64,000 nucleotides of DNA from Gammaproteobacteria bacterium. GTDB taxonomy: Bacteria > Pseudomonadota > Gammaproteobacteria > Eutrophobiales > Eutrophobiaceae. Positions 18,371-26,223 of the stretch are shown one piece after another (position 1 is the first letter of the stretch; the number at the start of each line of letters is the position of its first letter). The notes under the pieces are model-generated. The model ran no database searches. It saw only the letters and a program-made list of their open reading frames with translations, and was not told the origin of the DNA. Where the stretch lies: NCBI GenBank assembly GCA_965116495.1, contig OZ220696.1, forward strand, positions 2,624,001-2,688,000, given 5' to 3'. Both the position numbers and the translations under genes were made by a program.

Positions 18371-19762
18371 CTACGCCTCCTGCAATTTATGAGTAAAGGT
18401 GAAGACCACAAATTCTGCCGGACGCACCGCTGCCGCACCGACTGTAACGTTCAGGCGGCCCTCCAGAATATCCTGCTCATCCATCGTCTCACCCAAGCCT
18501 ACCCGGACAAAGAAAGCTTCAGCCGGGCTCGCTCCCGACAAGCCCCCATCCTGCCAGAGCTTGGTCAGGTAACTTTCCACCTGGGTCCGTAATTTGGTCC
18601 AGGTAATGGCATTGTTCGGTTCAAACACGGCATAGGAAGTAGCTCGTTTGATGTCGCTCTCCATCTGGATAAACAACCGCCTGACCGGAATATAACGCCA
18701 TTCGTTACTGTTGCCGGCAAGGGTGCGGGCGCCCCATACCAATGTGCCTTTGCCATTGAAGGCGCGAATCGCATTGATCGATTTACCGGATGTTGCATCG
18801 ACATTCAGGGTGGCCTGTACATCGTTGTCCAGTTTAACGACAGGAGCAGTTACAGCGTTCAGACTAAGGTTGGCCGGCGCCTTCCAAACTCCGCGCTCAT
18901 TGTCTGTCGTAACTATCGCGCCTGCTAGCGCTGCGCTGGGAGGAAGCGTTACTCTTTGTCTGTCAAGTAAATCTTTGACTGCGCGATAACGAGCTGGCTT
19001 GTAATTTTCATTTTTACTGTCGTCGTTATTTGTCGGAGTATCGAGAACACTCAGGTCAATATCTGCAGGTTTTGGTCCTTTACCGTTATAAATGGTAACT
19101 TTTACTGCATTTGTGCCGGAATCAACATAATGATAAGGAAAGTTGGTGTCGAGATTAGGATAATACGCGGCGCCGTAATTTAAGTAATTTGAACCAATCG
19201 CCGTTCTGAACGTTTCGGGATCACTACCATCCATGTCAATGATGGCGAAACGGTCCTGCGTCTTGCTACATTGAGTGAGCATGTCCTGAACATAGGCATG
19301 ATAAGATCCTGTCTTGGCTGCATCTCCGGGCAACAACAGCGTAGGCTCATCTTCTTTTTCCAATAACTTCAAGCCGGCTTTTAATTTTATGTATGCCGGA
19401 ATTTTAGTTTGGTATGAACCAACGGAAACTATATAACAAGCGCCCCCGCCATTCGCAAAATAAAGTTGCATGGAATGATACATAAGATGGGTCAATCCTG
19501 GATTCTGCTTAATACTTATAACTTCTGTATCTGGATTTATCTCTACTTTAAATTTGGTTTCTACTGCCTGACCAAACTTGTTTTCATACTCGCGCATTGA
19601 AGTGATACGAGTCGGCACATTAGTCAGGCTCTTGCCATTACTGTCTTTGGCTTTCTCGGTATAACCTACAAAGGCAGGTATTGCCGAAGCGCCCGTCACG
19701 ACTGAAGGGGGAAGAGTGGATTTCTCTACCGTATAAACATGCGGAGTTTTATAGTCAACCAT
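18371..19762 (-). CDS. contractile tail sheath protein 1 (first structural gene)
   Basis: KTPHVY, PAFVGYT, FANGGG, GVWKAPAN, WGARTL, VRPAEF; GAGGA RBS. Confidence 0.95.
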   Translation of the reverse strand: MVDYKTPHVYTVEKSTLPPSVVTGASAIPAFVGYTEKAKDSNGKSLTNVPTRITSMREYENKFGQAVETKFKVEINPDTEVISIKQNPGLTHLMYHSMQLYFANGGGACYIVSVGSYQTKIPAYIKLKAGLKLLEKEDEPTLLLPGDAAKTGSYHAYVQDMLTQCSKTQDRFAIIDMDGSDPETFRTAIGSNYLNYGAAYYPNLDTNFPYHYVDSGTNAVKVTIYNGKGPKPADIDLSVLDTPTNNDDSKNENYKPARYRAVKDLLDRQRVTLPPSAALAGAIVTTDNERGVWKAPANLSLNAVTAPVVKLDNDVQATLNVDATSGKSINAIRAFNGKGTLVWGARTLAGNSNEWRYIPVRRLFIQMESDIKRATSYAVFEPNNAITWTKLRTQVESYLTKLWQDGGLSGASPAEAFFVRVGLGETMDEQDILEGRLNVTVGAAAVRPAEFVVFTFTHKLQEA

Positions 19763-19796
19763 TGTTAAATCCTCATAAATTTCAAATTAAAGGCAT

Positions 19797-19828
19797 AAAA
19801 AAACCCAGGCCGGGGTCCCGGCCTGGGT
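19797..19828 (-). terminator. strong intrinsic terminator immediately upstream of sheath 1
   Basis: ACCCAGGCCGGG/CCCGGCCTGGGT perfect IR followed by T7 on minus strand, 35 bp before the ATG. Confidence 0.88.
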
Positions 19829-19868
19829 CTGTCTTGGTCATGTGTCTTTGTGAAGACACACTCATGTC

Positions 19869-19924
19869 AGTATAGTGGTAATTTATAGTTTTCTATTTGA
19901 ACAGCGTCAAGAACTAATTTACCA
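19869..19924 (-). promoter_or_regulatory. promoter-like element P2 with upstream box and -10-like pause hexamer
   Basis: TGGTAAATT-agttc-TTGACG-N17-TATAAA-ttaccac-TATACT. Confidence 0.7.
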
Positions 19925-20258
19925 GGCATACAAGATTACTGTATTCCTTCACTTTCTACTGAAATTGTTGAATGCTCAATCCGGACGCATTATTACCAGC
20001 ATTAACGTAAGTTGTATCCTTTCGTTCAAACAATGCCCATATATTTTCTACCAGAACAAAAAGGACATATCCGTATCAAATAACAAATTTGACGGGGCAG
20101 GATATGCCCAACCAGATCGACTGTGATCCAATGCCCCTGGTCGGCGGAGCTATCCGGAAGGAGGTATGTGCAGGAGAAAGAACTCCGCCGTAAAACTGAC
20201 TCTACGCCATTGAAACAAAATCAGAACTGGTCTGGATCATGCAGATATTCATCAAACA

Positions 20259-20516
20259 TCACCTAATACGGCATGCTGTCCAGGCCTGATCCCATACTTG
20301 CAGTGCTTCCCGGCACTGCGCGTGAACCAGTACCGCATCCTGCCAGGCACGTAACAGGTCGCGCAGTGTCTCCCCATCATCAGGCATTGCCGGACATTCC
20401 ATTGCAGGTTTCCGGGGTGGACACACTTCCACCTTGGTTTCAACTACCGTACGAGGCAACCCTCCACACCCGGCCAGCAGCAGTAACATCACGGTAACCG
20501 ACAATCGATAGGGCAT
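20259..20516 (-). CDS. putative o-spanin (Rz1-like lipoprotein)
   Basis: Lipobox LLAGC, Pro/Cys-rich periplasmic part; overlaps the 3' end of the upstream gene. Confidence 0.75.
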   Translation of the reverse strand: MPYRLSVTVMLLLLAGCGGLPRTVVETKVEVCPPRKPAMECPAMPDDGETLRDLLRAWQDAVLVHAQCREALQVWDQAWTACRIR

Positions 20517-20836
20517 GTTACCCCCTCCCCCGCTGCCTCAATCTCATCAATGGTACGCTGCTCCTGCTCGGCCAGGTCTCGCACCTTTGCCACCCGCTGC
20601 TCGGCCTGTGTCTTCGCTTTCTCAAGAGCAGCTATTGCAATTCTTTGTCGTTTATTAGCCTTGAGGTTTTCTTCGTTAATGCGCATTAATTGCCGCATCT
20701 CTGCCTCCGCCCTCCCAGCGTATTTAATTGTGCGCACTATGTATGCAAGAGCGCCCGTGCAAACCATTGCCGTGATAGCGAGGGTCAGCAAGCCGGTGGC
20801 AGTGCGTCTTGCAAATGGGGCAGCGAAAAACATCAT
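20489..20836 (-). CDS. putative i-spanin (Rz-like)
   Basis: Single N-terminal TM helix, long coiled coil, C-terminal Cys; paired with the lipoprotein. Confidence 0.72.
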   Translation of the reverse strand: MMFFAAPFARRTATGLLTLAITAMVCTGALAYIVRTIKYAGRAEAEMRQLMRINEENLKANKRQRIAIAALEKAKTQAEQRVAKVRDLAEQEQRTIDEIEAAGEGVTCPIDCRLP

Positions 20837-21102
20837 ACTTCAGTGTGTCGCTTCCTGCTGATCTCGTCAATCGTGCCTCTGAGGTACGCCAGGTCCTCTC
20901 TCAGCTCTGAACGGCCGGCGGCGGTCTTGGCTTTTTCGCTGTCCATCCTCATATCCAATTCCTTCCAGGATTTATCCATCCTGGCGTCTATTCGGCTATC
21001 CATATCAATAATGTCCTGTTCTGTGTTCTCGACTTTTTCGACCAGTTCGGTCAATCGCCACATCCATACGAGTGTGTTGATTATTCGGCCGAAAGATTTC
21101 AT
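20833..21102 (-). CDS. hypothetical coiled-coil protein in lysis cassette
   Basis: 89 aa; ATGA overlaps with both neighbours. Confidence 0.6.
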   Translation of the reverse strand: MKSFGRIINTLVWMWRLTELVEKVENTEQDIIDMDSRIDARMDKSWKELDMRMDSEKAKTAAGRSELREDLAYLRGTIDEISRKRHTEV

Positions 21103-21431
21103 TTTTTGGCCTCCTCAAAGTACTTGACGTATTGGTTTACCCTGCGACCTTTCCAAAAATAAAAAACCCCGGTATCAGACCTGGTCAACCAGACCACATC
21201 CGGTAACGGGGCTTTTTTACGACAGATTTCTACCGGCGGTTTTCCCCATTTTCCCAGGTACTGGCCGCAGACAGCGTAACTTGCTGCCTGCGCTGGTGCG
21301 CAACCGACAAATGCGATCAGGAGTGGCACGGCGATGATCTTGTACCCTGCCAACAAGGGCATCTCACCGTCATAATTAACCACAAATAAATAAAAGAGAA
21401 GACATGTTGCAACAATTATTGCCAATGTCAC
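21099..21431 (-). CDS. hypothetical membrane/exported protein in lysis cassette
   Basis: Likely GTG start overlapping the endolysin stop (GTGA); two hydrophobic segments and a lipobox-like FVGC. Confidence 0.5.
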   Translation of the reverse strand: MTLAIIVATCLLFYLFVVNYDGEMPLLAGYKIIAVPLLIAFVGCAPAQAASYAVCGQYLGKWGKPPVEICRKKAPLPDVVWLTRSDTGVFYFWKGRRVNQYVKYFEEAKK

Positions 21432-21976
21432 TGCATTTTCCGGCGTACCATGGCGATTCGCCATACATACTGTATAGTCTCCCGACTGTAGTGACCGGTG
21501 ACCAGATACAGGTAAGGCGCTATACCGTCCCAACAGCGTTCTCCGCCGGACAGTTCCTGGGCTTTCAGGATATTGCCGTTCCCGGCATTGTAACCGGCCT
21601 GCCCCATTGTCCGTCGGCACTCTTGTGTCCTGTCAAATATCCAGAAATCCATCGACTGGGCCATGTAGCGAGCGCCCATGATGATGTTGTATCTGGCCTC
21701 GAAGACATTGCCATCCACCTGGCTCTGACGCTGCAGATCTGCCAGGGTTGTCGGCATGATCTGCATAACGCCTTGAGCGCCGACTGGTGAAACCGCAGTG
21801 GTCACCAGCGAGCTCTCGGCTATTCCCTGCGCTTTCAACCAGCACCAGTCCTGTTGTTCTGGCGGCCAGTAGTACATGACAGCAACTCGAAAGTGTTTAT
21901 CAAATGCCTGGGTATAACCGGGCGCGTGGCATTGAGCCGCGAACAGAGAAAGCATTAATACAGCGGCTGCGCTCAT
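21428..21976 (-). CDS. SLT-domain lytic transglycosylase (endolysin) with N-terminal hydrophobic signal
   Basis: AES catalytic Glu, AVSPVGAQGVMQIMPTT, YNAG, ETIQYV. Confidence 0.9.
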   Translation of the reverse strand: MSAAAVLMLSLFAAQCHAPGYTQAFDKHFRVAVMYYWPPEQQDWCWLKAQGIAESSLVTTAVSPVGAQGVMQIMPTTLADLQRQSQVDGNVFEARYNIIMGARYMAQSMDFWIFDRTQECRRTMGQAGYNAGNGNILKAQELSGGERCWDGIAPYLYLVTGHYSRETIQYVWRIAMVRRKMQ

Positions 21977-22425
21977 CCGAGAGGCGTTCCCATATTTGCT
22001 ATCAGGTAGAATATAGCTATGGCGACGCCGGCCGTGCAGATGGCGAATGCGATGGCCAGTTCGCCGTCACCTTGTTTTGTTGTTTTGCCTTCTCTCCATG
22101 CGTCTGCCATATCGTCAAGCTCATCAAGAAATGGAAATACCAGCTTGCGCACGGATTCGATACGTATGAGGACATATAACACTATCAAGCTGACAGCGAG
22201 ACCGGATAATCCCCATACCAACTGATTCAAAAGGTGGTTGACCTGCAAAATCCAGGTTTTGAAAAACCCGGTCGGATCGTAATATATGCCGGCGATAAGC
22301 GCTGCAATCAGCGCGAGTGACAGCAATGTGTATTTGCTCAGCAACCACTTGATGCTGTTAACTACAAATCGAAACACGGCTTCAAACCCTTTGCCGCAGG
22401 CAAGATATATGTTCTCTTCTTTCAT
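21973..22425 (-). CDS. putative holin (about 3 TM helices)
   Basis: Three hydrophobic segments, RKLVFPFLD loop; coupled by ATGA to the endolysin. Confidence 0.6.
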   Translation of the reverse strand: MKEENIYLACGKGFEAVFRFVVNSIKWLLSKYTLLSLALIAALIAGIYYDPTGFFKTWILQVNHLLNQLVWGLSGLAVSLIVLYVLIRIESVRKLVFPFLDELDDMADAWREGKTTKQGDGELAIAFAICTAGVAIAIFYLIANMGTPLG

Positions 22426-22583
22426 CTCAGGTCAACTCCACTGCCATCAATATTGAATGTACTTATTATTAAGGAAGCTCTGATCAAGTCCGTCCGGGAC
22501 TTGTGTTTTCTTTAGCTCCAGGCCATACATCACGGCCTTGGGATTGGTGATAATCTCCGACTGCCCGTCGAAGTCCGCACAGG

Positions 22584-23039
22584 CTATCGGCCCATCAGGT
22601 GCTTCTGTATAAGGAGTAAAGTGCTGTTAATCTGCTTGAGTTCGCCCGCTTGTGAGGCCGAGGATTGAACTACCTCATTGATACGATTGTTAATGCTGGC
22701 AATCACACCAGACAGATTCAATTCTTTCATTTCCGCTTCCAATACCGCCAGTTTCTTGGCATTATCAAGCGCTGCAGAGCGATCCGGCATGTCTGACTTT
22801 TTAAGATAGTCGCGTTCCAGGATAAGTGGTAGCTCGCTTAATTTTGACAGACTATCCAACTCAGCAAGCATCCTCTCCAGTCTCTGGCCTTGCTCGGATA
22901 CACGAACCTCAGTCTCCTCGATCACCTTCTGGTTTGCCGTAGACCTGCTGGTAATGTATGTATATATAGCTGATGCAGAGGCAATCACTACCGAGGAAAT
23001 AAATAAGTACAGATCAATCTTCTCGACGTACTCGACCAT
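22584..23039 (-). CDS. membrane-anchored coiled-coil phage protein (DUF2730-like)
   Basis: N-terminal TM, coiled coil, C-terminal GELKQINSTLLLIQKHL recalling proteins in Mu-like lysis regions. Confidence 0.5.
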   Translation of the reverse strand: MVEYVEKIDLYLFISSVVIASASAIYTYITSRSTANQKVIEETEVRVSEQGQRLERMLAELDSLSKLSELPLILERDYLKKSDMPDRSAALDNAKKLAVLEAEMKELNLSGVIASINNRINEVVQSSASQAGELKQINSTLLLIQKHLMGR

Positions 23040-23163
23040 AATTGATAAATAGCTCAGAGACTCGTTGTACTGACACCGACCAAACCTTACTTGTTATCTC
23101 ATCCGCTGCATTATCGTGAGTCTCAGCGTTGGCAAAGCAAATCATCGGAAATAATCGCTTTGT

Positions 23164-23541
23164 TTATGACCATTTCCCTAACAACCAGTACTTTGCCATT
23201 CTCAAGTATTCATGAAATGTGACACGGCTCATATTCAACTCGTCTGCCTTTTGCATCACACTGCCGGACTGCAAATAATATTTCATAACCACTTCTTTTA
23301 ATTTCACCGGCATCTCACAAATTGCTTGTTCGGTCTTTTCCGCTTCTTTATCGTCTGGTAACCTCGTCTGAAATCCCTGGTAGACATATGCCCCTTCCCG
23401 CCGCAATTTGTTCTCCCTGGTTTCAGTGGGGAACCCCAGTCCAAAATTGCGTCTGACCCTGGCCCAGCGAGCCCAATGGCTTAAACTTATTTCTATGAAG
23501 GCCGTGGGATCTACAGCTTTCGTTGACTGACGTTGTTTCAT
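23164..23541 (-). CDS. phage antitermination protein Q-like
   Basis: 125 aa; LSHWARW..GLGFP N-terminus and C-terminal HTH-like YYLQSGSVMQKADELNMSRVTFHEYLRMAKYWLLG; upstream of lysis genes. Confidence 0.75.
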   Translation of the reverse strand: MKQRQSTKAVDPTAFIEISLSHWARWARVRRNFGLGFPTETRENKLRREGAYVYQGFQTRLPDDKEAEKTEQAICEMPVKLKEVVMKYYLQSGSVMQKADELNMSRVTFHEYLRMAKYWLLGKWS

Positions 23542-23542
23542 G

Positions 23543-23788
23543 TCAACACATCAGCCTTAAGTAACGTATTCCATCTAACTGAGCCTTCAGACTATTGAGT
23601 GTCTGTTTTGCGCGTTTTTGCTCCACTTCATCTAAATAGGGAAAATAAGCTTTAATCAACTCAATATCAAAACACCTCAGCTCATATATATCATTAATTG
23701 ATATATTCCTACTCGGGACTGATAAAGCCTCGCCCCGGAATAGTATTTTCATCTGTTCATTAAGAATGTGATTTACTTTTTTGTGCAT
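23543..23788 (-). CDS. hypothetical protein (81 aa) coupled to Q
   Basis: GGGAGA RBS; stop 1 bp before the Q start. Confidence 0.6.
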   Translation of the reverse strand: MHKKVNHILNEQMKILFRGEALSVPSRNISINDIYELRCFDIELIKAYFPYLDEVEQKRAKQTLNSLKAQLDGIRYLRLMC

Positions 23789-23844
23789 ATTTCATTCTCC
23801 CATCTTATTATTTATATAACTTTTATTAATTAAATGATTGCGCC

Positions 23845-23872
23845 AAAAAAAACCCGCAAATTCAGGTGCGGG
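23845..23872 (-). terminator. intrinsic terminator upstream of orf81-Q
   Basis: CCCGCA-N8-TGCGGG followed by T8 on minus strand. Confidence 0.75.
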
Positions 23873-23937
23873 ATTCCTACTAAATGAGGAAAAATTGTAA
23901 ATTTAATATTCTAAATAATTCGTTATCATAAATATTT

Positions 23938-23998
23938 ATTCTATCTCAACGGTAATTTATAAACTGTTGTTCAAATTACTGCAACTATGAATTTACCA
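23938..23998 (-). promoter_or_regulatory. promoter-like element P1
   Basis: TGGTAAATT-catag-TTGCAG-N17-TATAAA-ttaccgt-TGAGATAGAAT. Confidence 0.68.
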
Positions 23999-24067
23999 AG
24001 GCCTGGCCGGCAGGGGATATTTCTTTATTCAAACATGTACCATCGTCACGAGAAAGACAATTATTTC

Positions 24068-24123
24068 ATCGTATAGACATTTTATAGGTTATCGTCTGAA
24101 CAACTGCAAGTAAAAATTTACCA
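24068..24123 (-). promoter_or_regulatory. promoter-like element P0
   Basis: TGGTAAATT-tttac-TTGCAG-N17-TATAAA-atgtcta-TACGAT. Confidence 0.68.
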
Positions 24124-24255
24124 GTAGATCTCAGGTCATGGGTTCTTGGCACGATAAGGAAAGTCGAAAAAGGCACTCATTGGAATACCGCCTGGCAAAA
24201 CACATACCGAGAAATTGGTGGGAAGAAACCTGAATGCGCAAAGAAAGTCTGCCCA

Positions 24256-24555
24256 ATGAAAGCGGCTGAAACGTTGTATGAACTTGGTCGGATCCGTGGT
24301 GGAAACAAATCTTTCAAAAATTTACCATTAAGGGAAGTAGTAGATAACTATTCGAAAAATGGCGCATATGCTGTTTTGGCTATTGAGTGCTTATCTCAAG
24401 ACCCGGGCATTTCCTTGACTACCCTATGGTCTCAAATTCAAGACAATATTATGAACGAATTGGGGGTAGAACCTGCCAGAAGTAATCAGCGAGGGCCAAC
24501 GGTAGCCTATAAACTCTGGCATCTCGGACAGATTAGCGGTAGCGAATCTGAATAA
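24256..24555 (+). CDS. hypothetical protein (possibly DUF6979-like; frame open from ~24100 without a clear start)
   Basis: Upstream in-frame KKVCP and internal KNGAYAVLAIE resemble that family. Confidence 0.35.
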   Translation: MKAAETLYELGRIRGGNKSFKNLPLREVVDNYSKNGAYAVLAIECLSQDPGISLTTLWSQIQDNIMNELGVEPARSNQRGPTVAYKLWHLGQISGSESE

Positions 24556-24565
24556 TTTGCTGTTA

Positions 24566-24894
24566 CTAAGGCGATACTTGGCCATCCCGTCTGGCCTCTT
24601 CCCATATCTCATCCACTGTCATATCAGTGAATCCGCTGTTTTCAGCCGCCATCAAGCGGCGGCGTATGGCTTCAATCCCGCTTTCCATTTCACGGGCTTT
24701 ACGCAAGGCATCGTTTACCACTTTGGTATGCAGGTATGCGGTTTCTTCATAAGACTGAAAGTCTTCCATGCTCATAACAACGGCGGCTTGCCATTCTGCC
24801 TTGTTATTAACACAGGTTCATGGTCATCATTTACCTTATCCAGGATGCCGGCCAAATGGTTCCGAAATGTTGTGTAACTCAGTGTTTCCATCAT
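24566..24894 (-). pseudogene. frameshifted YefM/Phd antitoxin fused to ParD-like antitoxin tail
   Basis: METLSYTTFRNHLAGILDKVNDDHEPVLITRQNGK, then a 1-nt frameshift near 24785 to VVMSMEDFQSYEETAYL, then an unrelated tail. Confidence 0.75.
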
Positions 24895-25054
24895 CTTTAC
24901 CTCATTCATCAGGGTTCATTCTACCCTGACCTTAGCGCGTAAAACATTATCAGGGATTGATGGTAACATAATCCTTGTCGAGAGCCGTAAGGTTGGAACC
25001 TGACCGGTGATACTATTGGCGCCCTGATTAAACAAACAGATATTACGATGAACT

Positions 25055-26161
25055 ATGGCTAAGTTGGAAAGCCTCACTGTAGGTGGCTTCAAGTCGATCC
25101 GTTCACTTGAAGATTTCAAGCCTGGACGTCTGAATGTCCTTATCGGGGCGAATGGCGCTGGCAAGAGTAATTTCATCAGCTTGTTCCACATGCTGGCTCG
25201 CGTTGTAGAGAAGCGCCTTCAAGTTTATATTGCTGAACAGGATGGCCCCGATGCCTTACTTTTTGGCGGCAGAAAACGAACTGGACGTATAGAAATCATG
25301 TTGTCTTTTGGTGGGGACGACAACGCTGGCTTAACCGGCAGGAACTCCTATAGTTTCTCCCTTGTTCCAACAGGAAATCGCCTTATATTCGACCAGGAAG
25401 GACGACACTTCGGAAATAGCGTTGCGATTGATTTAGGCAGCGGTCATGATGAATCAAAACTGGAAATCCTGGATGGAGAAGTGGAGGATAGGTTTGCTCG
25501 CTATATATGTTCAGCGATTGCCGAATGGCGTGTTTACCACTTTCACGACACCAGCACAGTGGCGCCAATTCGCCAATTGCAGGCAGTACGCGATAACCTT
25601 TTGCTCAAATCCAGCGGGGATAATCTGGGACCATATTTGCGCCAGTTGCGTGAACAATATCCGGACCACCACCTTAAAATTGTGGAAGCGGTTCAGCTTG
25701 CAGCGCCATTCTTTGGGGATTTTATCTATCGCAAGGATATAGAAAATGTGGAGTTGGAATGGTTTCAAGCGGATGATCCTGACACGGTATTGGGGCCACG
25801 CCAACTTTCAGACGGGACCCTGCGTTTCATCTGCCTCGCAACGTTGCTCCTCCAGCCGGCACAACTGCAACCTGAAGTTATTCTCATCGACGAACCGGAG
25901 TTGGGTTTGCATCCTTATGCGCTTACCTTGCTCGCGGAGATGTTACAACAGGCCAGTGATGCTCGACAGATTATTGTCTCAACACAATCTGCGGACCTTA
26001 TCAGTCATCTTGATCCTGAAGATGTTGTGGTAGTAAATCGCAAGGATGGAGCGTCAACTTTCGAGAGATTAGACGAAGATGAACTAAGCAATTGGTTGGA
26101 AGACTACGCCCTTGGCGAGTTGTGGAAGATGAACATATTCGGCGGCAGGCCCGCGGGATGA
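25055..26161 (+). CDS. AAA_21/ABC-type ATPase
   Basis: Walker A GANGAGKS, signature LSDGT, Walker B IDEPELGLHP, STQS. Confidence 0.92.
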   Translation: MAKLESLTVGGFKSIRSLEDFKPGRLNVLIGANGAGKSNFISLFHMLARVVEKRLQVYIAEQDGPDALLFGGRKRTGRIEIMLSFGGDDNAGLTGRNSYSFSLVPTGNRLIFDQEGRHFGNSVAIDLGSGHDESKLEILDGEVEDRFARYICSAIAEWRVYHFHDTSTVAPIRQLQAVRDNLLLKSSGDNLGPYLRQLREQYPDHHLKIVEAVQLAAPFFGDFIYRKDIENVELEWFQADDPDTVLGPRQLSDGTLRFICLATLLLQPAQLQPEVILIDEPELGLHPYALTLLAEMLQQASDARQIIVSTQSADLISHLDPEDVVVVNRKDGASTFERLDEDELSNWLEDYALGELWKMNIFGGRPAG

Positions 26162-26223
26162 TGGAAATAATAATCGTCTGTGAAGGCCAGACTGAAGAAG
26201 CTTTCGTAAATAATATCCTGAGA

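Noticed and set aside
17449-18438. 329-aa ORF as an independent sheath gene
   Set aside because: True start is ATG 18315; the C-terminal tail is read-through into the IS end.
20142-20190. CGGCGGAG/CTCCGCCG inverted repeat as an ncRNA or terminator
   Set aside because: Only an 8-bp stem with a long loop and no U tract; insufficient support.
23040-23163. Canonical pR' directly after Q
   Set aside because: No -35/-10 pair at acceptable spacing, no TGGTAAATT box and no terminator found.
12454-23788. Interpretation as an intact prophage or as a T6SS
   Set aside because: No head, terminase, integrase or replication genes, and no TssJLM/ClpV; gene set and motifs are Afp/PVC-type.
24319-24327. Fourth AATTTACCA box
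   Set aside because: No TTG -35 or TATAAA at the fixed spacing; lies inside an ORF.
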